The notes beneath the pieces were generated by a model. The model did no database searches and was not told the origin of the DNA. It was given only the letters and a program-made list of their open reading frames with translations. A program made the position numbers and the translations under genes. DNA of 64,000 nucleotides. It comes from Clostridia bacterium (lineage in GTDB: Bacteria; Bacillota; Clostridia; Monoglobales; Monoglobaceae). The stretch lies in the NCBI GenBank assembly GCA_017546145.1, contig JAFYXN010000013.1:5213-69212 (forward strand). The letters are read 5' to 3'. Of this stretch, positions 18,784 through 27,765 are shown piece after piece (within the stretch, counting starts at the first letter, position 1; each line of letters opens with the position of its first letter).

Positions 18784-18812
18784 AGTATAACATATTTGTG
18801 CAAGGATGTCAA
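18784..18812 (-). promoter_or_regulatory. sigma-A promoter of the tRNA-Ser pair
   Basis: On the minus strand: TTGACA, 17-nt spacer, TATACT. Confidence 0.7.
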
Positions 18813-19014
18813 GGCTTATTTTAAGAAATTTATAATTTTTATTTAAAGAGCTTTTGCCTTTGAATTTATCAATTTGTAACAATAAAAAAAACATAAAATT
18901 GTTATTTACACAACTTGACAGTAAAAGTATAATGTGGTATTCTAAAAATAATAAAATTAAAAGTATGCCTGGGAGTGTAAGGGTATATAAAAATAAATGA
19001 AGGAGAATGACAAA

Positions 19015-22000
19015 ATGATTGTAAAAAAACTAATTGCAGCAATAATGATATTTACAATGTTGATGACGTGCGTTCAACCTTGTTTTGCGGCAACAATCAA
19101 CGATACCACGGACTTTGTTCCCAATCCTTTAGAGATGGATTTGGCTGTTGGTGTTACTGCACGTAAAAGTGGGACATCAGATGCATATACCTCGGCTCTT
19201 AGCATAGAGGATGTAGTTGGCGGTGTTGGTGTTGATTATCAGGCAACACTTAATATGAAACCGATTAGGGATATATGCACAGGTGCTTTTATTACAAATG
19301 TAATTGGAAATGACCAGTCTTTAAAAACGGAATTTGACAGTGCGCCAGTTACGACGACTGTAAGTGTTGAGATTGAATATCCTTCTTCAGCCTCAATTGG
19401 CGCAGATTTATCTACAGCAGGTGTTTTGGAAGCAGGAAGCATCTTCAGTGAAGCGTCACCTAGAAGTATTAACGGAAACAAGGTGACAATTACATATAAA
19501 AATGCTGATAGTATTACAGCAAGAGCTCTTGTTGATAATGTAAATTCATATCTTGCTGATATTATATTTACTCTTAATGATGCGGTGACATATTCAACAG
19601 ACGGTTATCATACTGTATCTGTTAAATTGACAGGAGAAACACAAATTGCGTTTTCGTCAAAAGTACAAAAGGTGCAGTATACGGGTGAAGCATCTCACAT
19701 CGTATCAGCTTTAACGATGCATGTGCTTGAAGTTGTTCCTGCTAAGCCTGCAACCTGTACTGACAGAGGTTGGACAGAGGGTGTTAAGTGTAAAACACAC
19801 AGTAGTTATAACTGTGGTGCTCATGGCTTGATTGAACCCCAAAACACAATAGCGCCTTTAGGACACACCACAAGCTTTATAGCAGAAACACCTGCAACTT
19901 GTACAACAGATGGTGTAAAGGCACATTATGTTTGTTTGGTTTGTAAAAAGGACTTTAAAGAAGCATCTGCAACAACAGAAATGAGTGCTGTAGACCTTAA
20001 GATTACAGCAGAAGGACACAAATATACTATTTCTGTAGATGCTGTTTCTGCAACTTGTACAAAAGACGGTTTATCGAGTGGATATATTTGTTCCGTTTGT
20101 AACCACGCAACAACAAGAACCGTAGTTCCTGCAAACGGACATACCGTTGTGGATATTACTGCAGTTCCTGCAACCTGTACAACAGATGGTGCAACCATAG
20201 GTAAAAAATGTTTGTCTTGTGGTGTTGTTCTTATTGCTCCTGTAGTTGTTGCTGCAACAGGTCATAAGTATGACGATAACTGGTCAGAAACTTTAGCTCC
20301 CACAGAATCATCAACCGGTTCAAAGGAAAGAGTATGTACTGTCTGCGGTCAGGGAAAAGAAACTGTTACAATTCCTAAGTTGGAGCACACTTGTGCGGCA
20401 GATCCAAATGCAAGTGTTGTAACAAAAGAAGCAACTTGTACAGAAACAGGCTTACTTCAGAAATATTGTGCTTGCGGTCAGCCTTTTGGTGAAGCAGAAG
20501 TGATTGCAGCAAAGGGTCACGACACAACACACGTTGTGGGCAAAACAGCAACATGTACCGATAAGGGTATAATTGACCACTATGCATGTAAAAACTGTCA
20601 GGGCTTGTATCGTGATGCTGAGTGCACAAAAGCGGTTCAGAGTGCAGAAATTCCTGTTGACAAAACAAATCATGTTGACGGAAGAAGAACCATTCCTGCA
20701 GTTGCCGCAACTTGCGATAAGGACGGTCTTACCGCAGGTGAAAAATGTACAGGATGTAACACTATTACAACACCTCAGACAAAAATCCCCAAGCTCAGTG
20801 ATAATCCTGAAGCTAACTACGAGCGTGTTTCCTATGTGGCTCCTACCTGTGAGGCTGATGGTGTAATCGAACATTATCATTGTTCAAATTGTAATAAAGA
20901 CTATACAATTCATGAATTAGAAGTTCTTGACGATTGTTCAATTCCAAAAACTGGTCACCATTGGGGTGATGTAATCATTGATACTCCTTCAACTGAAACT
21001 ATAAAGGGTGAAGGTCACAGAGTTTGTACAAATAACTCGGATCATACTATCACAGTGGATATAGCATTGAAAGAACACGTTCACAACGAGGAATGTGAGG
21101 AAATAATCAAGCAACCTTCATGTACCGAAAAGGGTAAAAAGAGAGTTGTTTATACCTGCTGTGGTGAAATTAAAAACAAAGAGGTTAACAACGGAATAAT
21201 TGAAATTCCTGCAAAAGGGCACAATTTTAAAACAATAGAGAAAGCTCCTGACTGTTTTAGAAATGGTATCAAGAAGCATAAATACTGTGCAGTATGTGAT
21301 AAAGCTTTTGACTTTACAACAGAAGTTGAGATAACCGATTTAGAAACTTTGAAAACCCATAAACTTACACATAAGTTTGGTAATTGGACAGATAACAAAC
21401 GTGAATGTGAATATTGTCATGAAATAGTTCACAGAAAACAAGAAAATCATAATCACAATGTAAAAGAACATGGTGGTCTCAAGGGTGAAGAGGGAGATAT
21501 CAGAGAAAAACGTGCAGACGAAGAACCCAACAGAGACGTTAAAGTTGAATCAAAGATTACTATTGAAGAAAGAGAAATCTCTGAAAAACTTGATAACGAA
21601 GTACGCAAAGACGAAAAGGCTCATGAGGATAAGGTGGTTTTGGAAATTACTGTTGAAAAGGAAACTAAAACTACCGACACAACTACCAGCAATGTTCTTG
21701 ATATAGATAGAGAAATCGTTAAGGAAACAGAAGATTTGATTGTAATCGAAATTGCTGTTCCTGCAGGAATGCAAGATTTTGTTGACTTCCTCGTTCACAG
21801 ACTTCATATTGATGATCAGGGAGCAGAAAGTTTTGACGTTATTAAAGTTGCACCCAATAACGATGGCGAATTTATCAAGCTTATCAAGAGTGGTGACAAG
21901 GTTGAGAAAATCGAGCTTCATGTAAAGAAATTCTCAGAGTATGCCGTTATTGGTTATGACAAGGTTGTAAATGTTGATCCTGTTACATCTTCATCCGGTG

Positions 22001-22809
22001 GTGGCTCGACATCTTACACAGTTAAGCTTAACGTAAACGGTGGTGTTGTGCTTAACAACATAGTGGTTAAACGTGGCGAAAAGGTTACACTTCCTACGCC
22101 TACAAGAGATGGTTATGTATTTGCAGGCTGGTACACAGACTCCGCATTCAATACACCGTTTGATGCAAATACTGCAATCAACAGAAACTATGTTCTCTAT
22201 GCTAAGTGGATTGAAGCGGGTGAATGTGAAGGTACAGTCGAGGATAATTGCCCGTGTCTCAAGTACAATGACCTCGATCCTGAACTCTGGTATCATGAAG
22301 GTGTTGACTATGTTCTTAACACAGGTATGATGATAGGAACTGGCGATAAGACATTTGAACCTGATACAAGCGTTACAAGAGCAATGCTGGTAACAGTTCT
22401 TTGGAGAGCAGAAGGCAAGCCTGAGGCTGCAAAGGATTCAAGCTTCAAGGATTTGGAAGATGGTCTTTACTATGTTGATGCAGTTGAATGGGCAGCAGAG
22501 AATGGTATCGTAAACGGCTATACCGAAACAGAATTTGCACCCAATGATAAGCTGGCACGTGAACAGATTGCTGCAATTATGTTCAGATATGCAGGACATA
22601 AGGGATATGATGTATCTGTCGGAGAGAATACAAACATTCTTTCATACACAGACTACAGCCAGATTTCAGAGTATGCTATTCCTGCAATGCAGTGGGCAGC
22701 AGGCAGCGGATTAATGACAGGAAGAACAAACAGCACACTTAATCCCAAGGCTGACACAACAAGAGCAGAAATCGCTACAATCCTTTACAGATTTTTCTCT
22801 GCAAGATAA
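19015..22809 (+). CDS. large secreted cell-surface protein: signal peptide, unknown N-domain, about 12 Cys3-His repeats, charged linker, Listeria/Bacteroides-type repeat and 3 SLH domains
   Basis: The ATG at 19015 lies behind AAGGAGA. The signal peptide is MIVKKLIAAIMIFTMLMTCVQPCFA. The repeat YVFAGWYTDSAFNTPF is Flg_new-like. The C-terminal SLH repeats include FKDL..YYVDAVEWAAENGIVNGY and YAIPAMQWAAGSGLMTG. Confidence 0.85.
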   Translation: MIVKKLIAAIMIFTMLMTCVQPCFAATINDTTDFVPNPLEMDLAVGVTARKSGTSDAYTSALSIEDVVGGVGVDYQATLNMKPIRDICTGAFITNVIGNDQSLKTEFDSAPVTTTVSVEIEYPSSASIGADLSTAGVLEAGSIFSEASPRSINGNKVTITYKNADSITARALVDNVNSYLADIIFTLNDAVTYSTDGYHTVSVKLTGETQIAFSSKVQKVQYTGEASHIVSALTMHVLEVVPAKPATCTDRGWTEGVKCKTHSSYNCGAHGLIEPQNTIAPLGHTTSFIAETPATCTTDGVKAHYVCLVCKKDFKEASATTEMSAVDLKITAEGHKYTISVDAVSATCTKDGLSSGYICSVCNHATTRTVVPANGHTVVDITAVPATCTTDGATIGKKCLSCGVVLIAPVVVAATGHKYDDNWSETLAPTESSTGSKERVCTVCGQGKETVTIPKLEHTCAADPNASVVTKEATCTETGLLQKYCACGQPFGEAEVIAAKGHDTTHVVGKTATCTDKGIIDHYACKNCQGLYRDAECTKAVQSAEIPVDKTNHVDGRRTIPAVAATCDKDGLTAGEKCTGCNTITTPQTKIPKLSDNPEANYERVSYVAPTCEADGVIEHYHCSNCNKDYTIHELEVLDDCSIPKTGHHWGDVIIDTPSTETIKGEGHRVCTNNSDHTITVDIALKEHVHNEECEEIIKQPSCTEKGKKRVVYTCCGEIKNKEVNNGIIEIPAKGHNFKTIEKAPDCFRNGIKKHKYCAVCDKAFDFTTEVEITDLETLKTHKLTHKFGNWTDNKRECEYCHEIVHRKQENHNHNVKEHGGLKGEEGDIREKRADEEPNRDVKVESKITIEEREISEKLDNEVRKDEKAHEDKVVLEITVEKETKTTDTTTSNVLDIDREIVKETEDLIVIEIAVPAGMQDFVDFLVHRLHIDDQGAESFDVIKVAPNNDGEFIKLIKSGDKVEKIELHVKKFSEYAVIGYDKVVNVDPVTSSSGGGSTSYTVKLNVNGGVVLNNIVVKRGEKVTLPTPTRDGYVFAGWYTDSAFNTPFDANTAINRNYVLYAKWIEAGECEGTVEDNCPCLKYNDLDPELWYHEGVDYVLNTGMMIGTGDKTFEPDTSVTRAMLVTVLWRAEGKPEAAKDSSFKDLEDGLYYVDAVEWAAENGIVNGYTETEFAPNDKLAREQIAAIMFRYAGHKGYDVSVGENTNILSYTDYSQISEYAIPAMQWAAGSGLMTGRTNSTLNPKADTTRAEIATILYRFFSAR
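19735..21440 (+). repeat. in-frame tandem array of about 40-50-aa Cys-rich units (consensus p-A-T-C-T-x-x-G-x5-6-C-x2-C-x10-25-G-H)
   Basis: Units read from the translation include PATCTDRG..KCKTH, PATCTTDGVKAHYVCLVC..EGH, SATCTKDGLSSGYICSVC..NGH, PATCTTDGATIGKKCLSC..TGH, EATCTETG..YCAC..KGH, TATCTDKG..YACKNC, AATCDKDG..KCTGC and APTCEADG..YHCSNC..TGH. Confidence 0.8.
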
Positions 22810-22830
22810 TTAAGCATTAATAGAATTAAA

Positions 22831-22860
22831 ATATGCCGCATTATTTACAATGCGGCATAT
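22831..22860 (+). terminator. hairpin after the SLH protein gene
   Basis: ATATGCCGCATT-N6-AATGCGGCATAT. The T-tail is weak. Confidence 0.6.
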
Positions 22861-22885
22861 TTCATAAAACAGGAGGATATTGGAA

Positions 22886-23332
22886 ATGATTTATGATATT
22901 TATGAAAACAAAAATCTTTACTCAGGTATGGGTTACGAGAAGGCATTTGATTTTATTAAGCGTGTAGAAAACGAAAATTTGCCTGCAGGACGCTATGAGA
23001 TTGATGGTGACGTTGTGTATGGTGTAGTAAGCGAATACGACACAAAGACGGAAATAGTTTACGAGGCACATAAAAAGTATATTGATGTTCAATATGTAGT
23101 TTCGGGACATGAAAATATTTGCTGGAAAAATCTTAAGGATTGTAAAGTTACAACAGAATACAATCCAGAAAAGGATTGCGGCTTATATGAAGCAACTCAG
23201 CCGGTAGTTTTGGATATGCAAAAGGGAAGCTTTGCGGTGCTTTTCCCCGAGGATGCTCACGCTCCCGGAATTGCGTATAACGGAGAGGTTTCAAAAGTTA
23301 AAAAGATTGTTGTGAAAATAAAGATTGATTAA
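22886..23332 (+). CDS. YhcH/YjgK/YiaL (DUF386, EbgC-like) family protein
   Basis: GRYEIDGD..YEAHKKYIDVQYVVSGHE..FAVLFPEDAHAP. The ATG at 22886 lies 9 nt after AGGAGG. Confidence 0.75.
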   Translation: MIYDIYENKNLYSGMGYEKAFDFIKRVENENLPAGRYEIDGDVVYGVVSEYDTKTEIVYEAHKKYIDVQYVVSGHENICWKNLKDCKVTTEYNPEKDCGLYEATQPVVLDMQKGSFAVLFPEDAHAPGIAYNGEVSKVKKIVVKIKID

Positions 23333-23343
23333 TCGTTAAATAA

Positions 23344-23381
23344 CAAAAAAGCGCATTTGCAGGCTTGCAAATGCGCTTTTT
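23344..23381. terminator. bidirectional terminator (yhcH-like gene versus pyrI)
   Basis: AAAAAAGCGCATTTGCA-GGCT-TGCAAATGCGCTTTTT. Confidence 0.85.
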
Positions 23382-23386
23382 GATTA

Positions 23387-23809
23387 TCATTGTTCGCTTG
23401 CCCTTGTTTCGCAATAGGCACAGCGATATTCGCGTTTTTCGCGGTTTGTAAGGTTGAAAATATTTGGAAGCTCCTGCTCGGTGGTTGTAATGCACCTTGG
23501 GTTTTTACAGAAAATAACATTGGTAAGCTTTTCGGGCAATGACATTTTCTTTTTTTCACAAAGACTTCCGTCGACGATTATATCAACCGTTGCAGTTGGA
23601 GCTACGTACCCTAAAATATCCATATCAATATCAATCTTTGCATCAATCTTGATTATATCCTTTCGGCCCATTTTAGAGCTTGTGGCGTTTTTTATAATTG
23701 CAACAGAGCAATCCAGCAAATCAAGACGGAGGAGGTTATAGATTTCCATGCCCTTGCCGGCTTCAATATGGTCAATAACAATTCCGTTTTTAATTGAATC
23801 TATATTCAT
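23387..23809 (-). CDS. pyrI: aspartate carbamoyltransferase regulatory subunit
   Basis: 140 aa. IKNGIVIDHI plus the zinc domain CKNPRCIT..YRCAYCE. Confidence 0.9.
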   Translation of the reverse strand: MNIDSIKNGIVIDHIEAGKGMEIYNLLRLDLLDCSVAIIKNATSSKMGRKDIIKIDAKIDIDMDILGYVAPTATVDIIVDGSLCEKKKMSLPEKLTNVIFCKNPRCITTTEQELPNIFNLTNREKREYRCAYCETRASEQ

Positions 23810-23810
23810 A

Positions 23811-24722
23811 TTACAGCACCTCCAAAAGCTTTAAAATCAGCGACATTCTCATATATTTTCCGTTTAATACCTGTTTAAAGTAGCACGCTCTGGGGTCATC
23901 ATCAACTGCAACACTTATTTCGTTAACTCTGGGCAGTGGATGCATTATTGAAAGGTCGGACTTTGCCGTGGCAAGCTTTTCAGGTGTAAGAATATAGCTG
24001 TCTTTAAGTCTAAGGTAGTCTTCTTCGTTAAAGAACCGCTCGCGCTGTACTCTTGTCATATAAAGAATATCAAGCTCGGGCATAAATTCTGACAAATCCT
24101 TTGTCTGAACATAGCTGTGACCACATTCTTTTATTTCGTTTTTTACATAGCTTGGTACTTTAAGCTCTTCGGGTGAGATAAGAACAAACTTTATGTTTGT
24201 GTACCGTGTAAGAGCATTAATAAGCGAATGAACCGTACGTCCAAACTTAAGGTCGCCGCAAAGTCCCACTGTCAGGTTGTCAAAGCGCCCTTTTTCTCTG
24301 TGGATGGTAAGAAGGTCAGCAAGGGTCTGTGTTGGGTGATTGTGACCGCCGTCACCCGCATTGATTACAGGAACGGATGCATTCATGGCGGCAACCAGGG
24401 GCGCGCCCTCCTTGGGATGACGCATTGCTATAATGTCTGCATAGCATGATACAGTTTTTGCGGTATCGGCAACGCTTTCGCCTTTTGCGGCAGAGCTTGA
24501 GCCTGCATCAGACATCGAAAGAACATGACCGCCAAGCTCGTACATTGCTGCTTCAAAGCTGAGGCGAGTGCGTGTTGAAGGCTCAAAAAACAGTGTCGCA
24601 AGCTTTTTTCCGTCGCATTTATGTGCGTATTTGTCAGGGTTTTCGATTATGTCTTCGGCAACTGCTATGATTTCTTCAAGTTCTTTTGTTGAAAGGTCTT
24701 TTATATCAATTACACTTCTCAT
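23811..24722 (-). CDS. pyrB: aspartate carbamoyltransferase catalytic subunit
   Basis: 303 aa. [17 protein letters not shown] and HPLPR motifs. Confidence 0.95.
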   Translation of the reverse strand: MRSVIDIKDLSTKELEEIIAVAEDIIENPDKYAHKCDGKKLATLFFEPSTRTRLSFEAAMYELGGHVLSMSDAGSSSAAKGESVADTAKTVSCYADIIAMRHPKEGAPLVAAMNASVPVINAGDGGHNHPTQTLADLLTIHREKGRFDNLTVGLCGDLKFGRTVHSLINALTRYTNIKFVLISPEELKVPSYVKNEIKECGHSYVQTKDLSEFMPELDILYMTRVQRERFFNEEDYLRLKDSYILTPEKLATAKSDLSIMHPLPRVNEISVAVDDDPRACYFKQVLNGKYMRMSLILKLLEVL

Positions 24723-24754
24723 TGAAGTTCATCCTTTCTGTTTATGGGTTTTGT

Positions 24755-25393
24755 TTATGCTCCAATCCAAGATTCATCAGAGGGGTTATTGCGGAAGGCA
24801 ATAAGTCTTTTGATGTCATCGGTTTTGATATAGCCTTCTTCAGCTGCAACCTCGGCAATAACATCAAAATTGGTAAGGCTGACATTTTTAACATCAGCTG
24901 CAGCAAGTCTGTCAAGACCCTTCTGCATACCGTAAGTAAAGATTGAAACAATACCAAGAACCTCAGCGCCGGCTTCACGAAGAATGTTTACAACCTCGAT
25001 TACGCTGCCGCCTGTAGAAATAAGGTCTTCAACTACAACGACCTTCTGACCGGGGAGAAGCTTGCCTTCAATCTGGTTTTGTCTGCCGTGGTCTTTTGCT
25101 CCGCTGCGTACATATCCCATAGGCAGACCCATAAGATGTGCTGTAATTGCAGCGTGTGCTATACCTGCTGTTGAAGTACCCATAAGAACCTCAGCATCGG
25201 GGTAGTTTGCCTTGATTGTTTCTGCAAGAGCAGTTTCAACATCGGTGCGCACGTCGGTGTCGCTAAGAGTAAGACGGTTGTCACAGTAAACAGGGCTTTT
25301 GATTCCGCTTGCCCATGTAAAAGGTTCTTCAGGGCGGAAGAATACAGCCTTGATTTTAAGTAAGTCTTTTGCAATTAAAATTTTTGTTTCCAT
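24755..25393 (-). CDS. pyrE: orotate phosphoribosyltransferase
   Basis: 212 aa. FTWASGIKSPVYCDNR and the PRPP loop VVVVEDLISTGGS. Confidence 0.9.
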   Translation of the reverse strand: METKILIAKDLLKIKAVFFRPEEPFTWASGIKSPVYCDNRLTLSDTDVRTDVETALAETIKANYPDAEVLMGTSTAGIAHAAITAHLMGLPMGYVRSGAKDHGRQNQIEGKLLPGQKVVVVEDLISTGGSVIEVVNILREAGAEVLGIVSIFTYGMQKGLDRLAAADVKNVSLTNFDVIAEVAAEEGYIKTDDIKRLIAFRNNPSDESWIGA

Positions 25394-25406
25394 TTTTATT
25401 TTCTCC

Positions 25407-26105
25407 TTATCCTACAAATTCGTTTATACATCTTCTGTATGCTGCAACAGGGTCTTCTGCTGCAGTAATGGGTCTGCCTACAACAATGTAATCAGAGCCG
25501 ATTTCCTTTGCCTGAGCAGGGGTCATAACTCTGACCTGATCGCCCTTGTCGCCGTCTGCAAAACGCACACCGGGGGTAACGGTCAAGAACTCTTTTCCAC
25601 AAGCATTATGTACCTTTTCGGCTTCAAGAGGTGAACAAACAACACCGTCAAGACCTGCTTTTTTTGCGTTTTCTGCATAGTGCATAACAACTTTGTCAAT
25701 GGGTTCGTTTATAAGAAGGTCTGATTTCATAGTTTCTTCACTTGTAGATGTAAGCTGAGTTACCGCAATAAGAAGAGGACGTGTACCGTCTTCGCGTGTA
25801 AGACCTTCAAGAGCCGCCTGCATCATAGAAATTGTACCTGATGCGTGAAGATTTGTCATATCAACGTCAAGGTTTCTAAGAACAGACATTGATTTCTTTA
25901 CTGTATTGGGTATGTCGTGAAGCTTTAGGTCAAGAAATATTTTATGACCTCTTTTTTTGATTTCACGTACAATTTCGGGGCCCTCTGCATAGAAAAGCTC
26001 CATACCGATTTTTACAAAGGGTTTTTCTTCCTTAAACAAATCAAGAAAATCAAAAACCTGTTTTTTTGTTGCAAAATCACATGCAATAATAACATCCTTA
26101 CCCAT
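25407..26105 (-). CDS. pyrF: orotidine 5'-phosphate decarboxylase
   Basis: 232 aa. [14 protein letters not shown] and VVGRPIT. Confidence 0.9.
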   Translation of the reverse strand: MGKDVIIACDFATKKQVFDFLDLFKEEKPFVKIGMELFYAEGPEIVREIKKRGHKIFLDLKLHDIPNTVKKSMSVLRNLDVDMTNLHASGTISMMQAALEGLTREDGTRPLLIAVTQLTSTSEETMKSDLLINEPIDKVVMHYAENAKKAGLDGVVCSPLEAEKVHNACGKEFLTVTPGVRFADGDKGDQVRVMTPAQAKEIGSDYIVVGRPITAAEDPVAAYRRCINEFVG

Positions 26106-27016
26106 TAATGAGCACCTCCAATAATTTCATTTAAATCTTTTATTCCGTATTTTTCCATTGTTTTCGGAAGGTTTTCTACAATGTCACGGCTTGCAAAGGG
26201 GTCAACAAGGTTTGCTGCACCAACCTGAACAGCGGTTGCACCTGCAAGCATCATTTCGATTACGTCTTCGGCAGAGGAAACGCCACCCATACCGATAATC
26301 GGGATTTTAACAGCCTCATATACCTGATAAACCATTCGTACAGCAACTGGGAATATAGCAGGTCCGGAAAATCCGCCCATTTTGTTTGCGATAACACATT
26401 TTTTTGTCTTTAAATCGATACGCATACCAAGAAGAGTATTTATAAGGCTGATACCGTCTGCACCTGCCTCTTCACAAGCTTTTGCAATTGACACAATATC
26501 TGTCACATTGGGCGAAAGCTTGATAAATACCGGCTTTGTTGTAACTGCTTTAACTGCTTTTGTGACCTGTGCAGCAGACTCGGGAGATGTTCCAAAGCTC
26601 ATGCCGCCACCGTGAACATTGGGGCAGGAAACATTAACCTCAAACCAGCCAATCTGGGGTTCGTTGTCTAAAGCCTTGCAGGTATAGGTATATTCGTCAA
26701 TGGAAAATCCGCTGACGTTTGCCATTACCGGCTTGTGAAATACTTCTTTAAGCTTGGGAAGCTCAACTGATTTTACGGCTTCAACACCGGGGTTTTGCAA
26801 GCCGACGGAATTAATCATTCCGCTGTAGCATTCCGCAATTCTGGGCGTTGGGTTGCCAAAACGCGGCTCTTTTGTTGTTCCCTTAAACGAAAACGTACCA
26901 AGACAGTTTATATCATATATTTCGGCAAATTCATAGCCAAAGCCAAAGGTTCCGCTGGCAGGAATAACAGGGTTGTCAATAGTAATGCCTGATAGGTTTA
27001 CTTTTGTGTTTACCAT
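26105..27016 (-). CDS. pyrD: dihydroorotate dehydrogenase catalytic subunit (class 1B)
   Basis: 303 aa. [19 protein letters not shown]-like..IIGMGGV. It overlaps pyrK by 7 nt. Confidence 0.9.
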   Translation of the reverse strand: MVNTKVNLSGITIDNPVIPASGTFGFGYEFAEIYDINCLGTFSFKGTTKEPRFGNPTPRIAECYSGMINSVGLQNPGVEAVKSVELPKLKEVFHKPVMANVSGFSIDEYTYTCKALDNEPQIGWFEVNVSCPNVHGGGMSFGTSPESAAQVTKAVKAVTTKPVFIKLSPNVTDIVSIAKACEEAGADGISLINTLLGMRIDLKTKKCVIANKMGGFSGPAIFPVAVRMVYQVYEAVKIPIIGMGGVSSAEDVIEMMLAGATAVQVGAANLVDPFASRDIVENLPKTMEKYGIKDLNEIIGGAH

Positions 27017-27765
27017 ATAATTTCCTCCCTTTCCAGAACAGGTCCGTCCTTACAAATTCTTTTGTTGCCGTATTTGGTCTTGCATGAGCAGCCCATACAT
27101 GCACCAAAGCCACAGCCCATACGTTCTTCAAAGCTGTATTGTCCTGACGTTGAGGCGATTTTTTCAATTGCCTTAAACATTGGCTCAGGACCGCAGGTGA
27201 AGAAGTAGTCATAACAAATATCTTTCATGGCGTCAGTTACAAAGCCGTGAATGCCATAAGAGCCATCAGCAGTTGTAACAACAGTTTTTGCGCCAAGTAC
27301 TTTAAATTCTTCTTCAAAGAAAACGTCTTCACGGCTGTTAAAACCAAGAACAACAATGGGATGTTTGCCGTCTTCAATTAATTTTTTGCAAAGATTATAC
27401 ATTGGCGGAACACCTACACCGCCGCCAATAAGAAGGGGGGATGTGCCGCTTTTGGAAATGTCAAAGCCATTGCCAAGGGCAATAAGAACATCAAGCTCTT
27501 TGCCCGGCTGGTAATTGCTCATTTTTTCTGTTCCGACACCCACAACTTTGTAGATAAGTGTCAGAGTTTTATCGTCATAATCGCATATAGATATAGGTCT
27601 TCTGAGGTACTGTCCCTCAAGCTTAATGTTGACAAACTGTCCGGGACGGGTTATATCGCTTGTGTCGCCGGAAAGCACAAGAAGGTATATATCTTTTGCA
27701 ATTTTTTGGTTTTTTAATATTGTAAAAATTTCTTGCTTCACAGTAAATTTTACCTTTCTATGCAT
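27010..27765 (-). CDS. pyrK: dihydroorotate dehydrogenase electron-transfer subunit
   Basis: RPISI flavin motif, GGGVGVPP, and the C-terminal 2Fe-2S motif CGFGACMGCSC. The start is uncertain: the ATG at 27765 overlaps the carB stop (GATGCATAG), and a GTG at 27741 behind GAAAGG is the alternative. The track start at 27804 is unlikely. Confidence 0.85.
   Translation of the reverse strand: MHRKVKFTVKQEIFTILKNQKIAKDIYLLVLSGDTSDITRPGQFVNIKLEGQYLRRPISICDYDDKTLTLIYKVVGVGTEKMSNYQPGKELDVLIALGNGFDISKSGTSPLLIGGGVGVPPMYNLCKKLIEDGKHPIVVLGFNSREDVFFEEEFKVLGAKTVVTTADGSYGIHGFVTDAMKDICYDYFFTCGPEPMFKAIEKIASTSGQYSFEERMGCGFGACMGCSCKTKYGNKRICKDGPVLEREEIIW

Noticed and set aside
19735-21440. Periodic DNA (recurring CCTGCAAC[CT]TGTAC) considered as a CRISPR array or non-coding tandem repeat
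   Set aside because: The periodicity is in-frame codon-level conservation of the A-T-C-T motif inside one long ORF. The spacers are not uniform in length and the repeat units are not identical at the DNA level.
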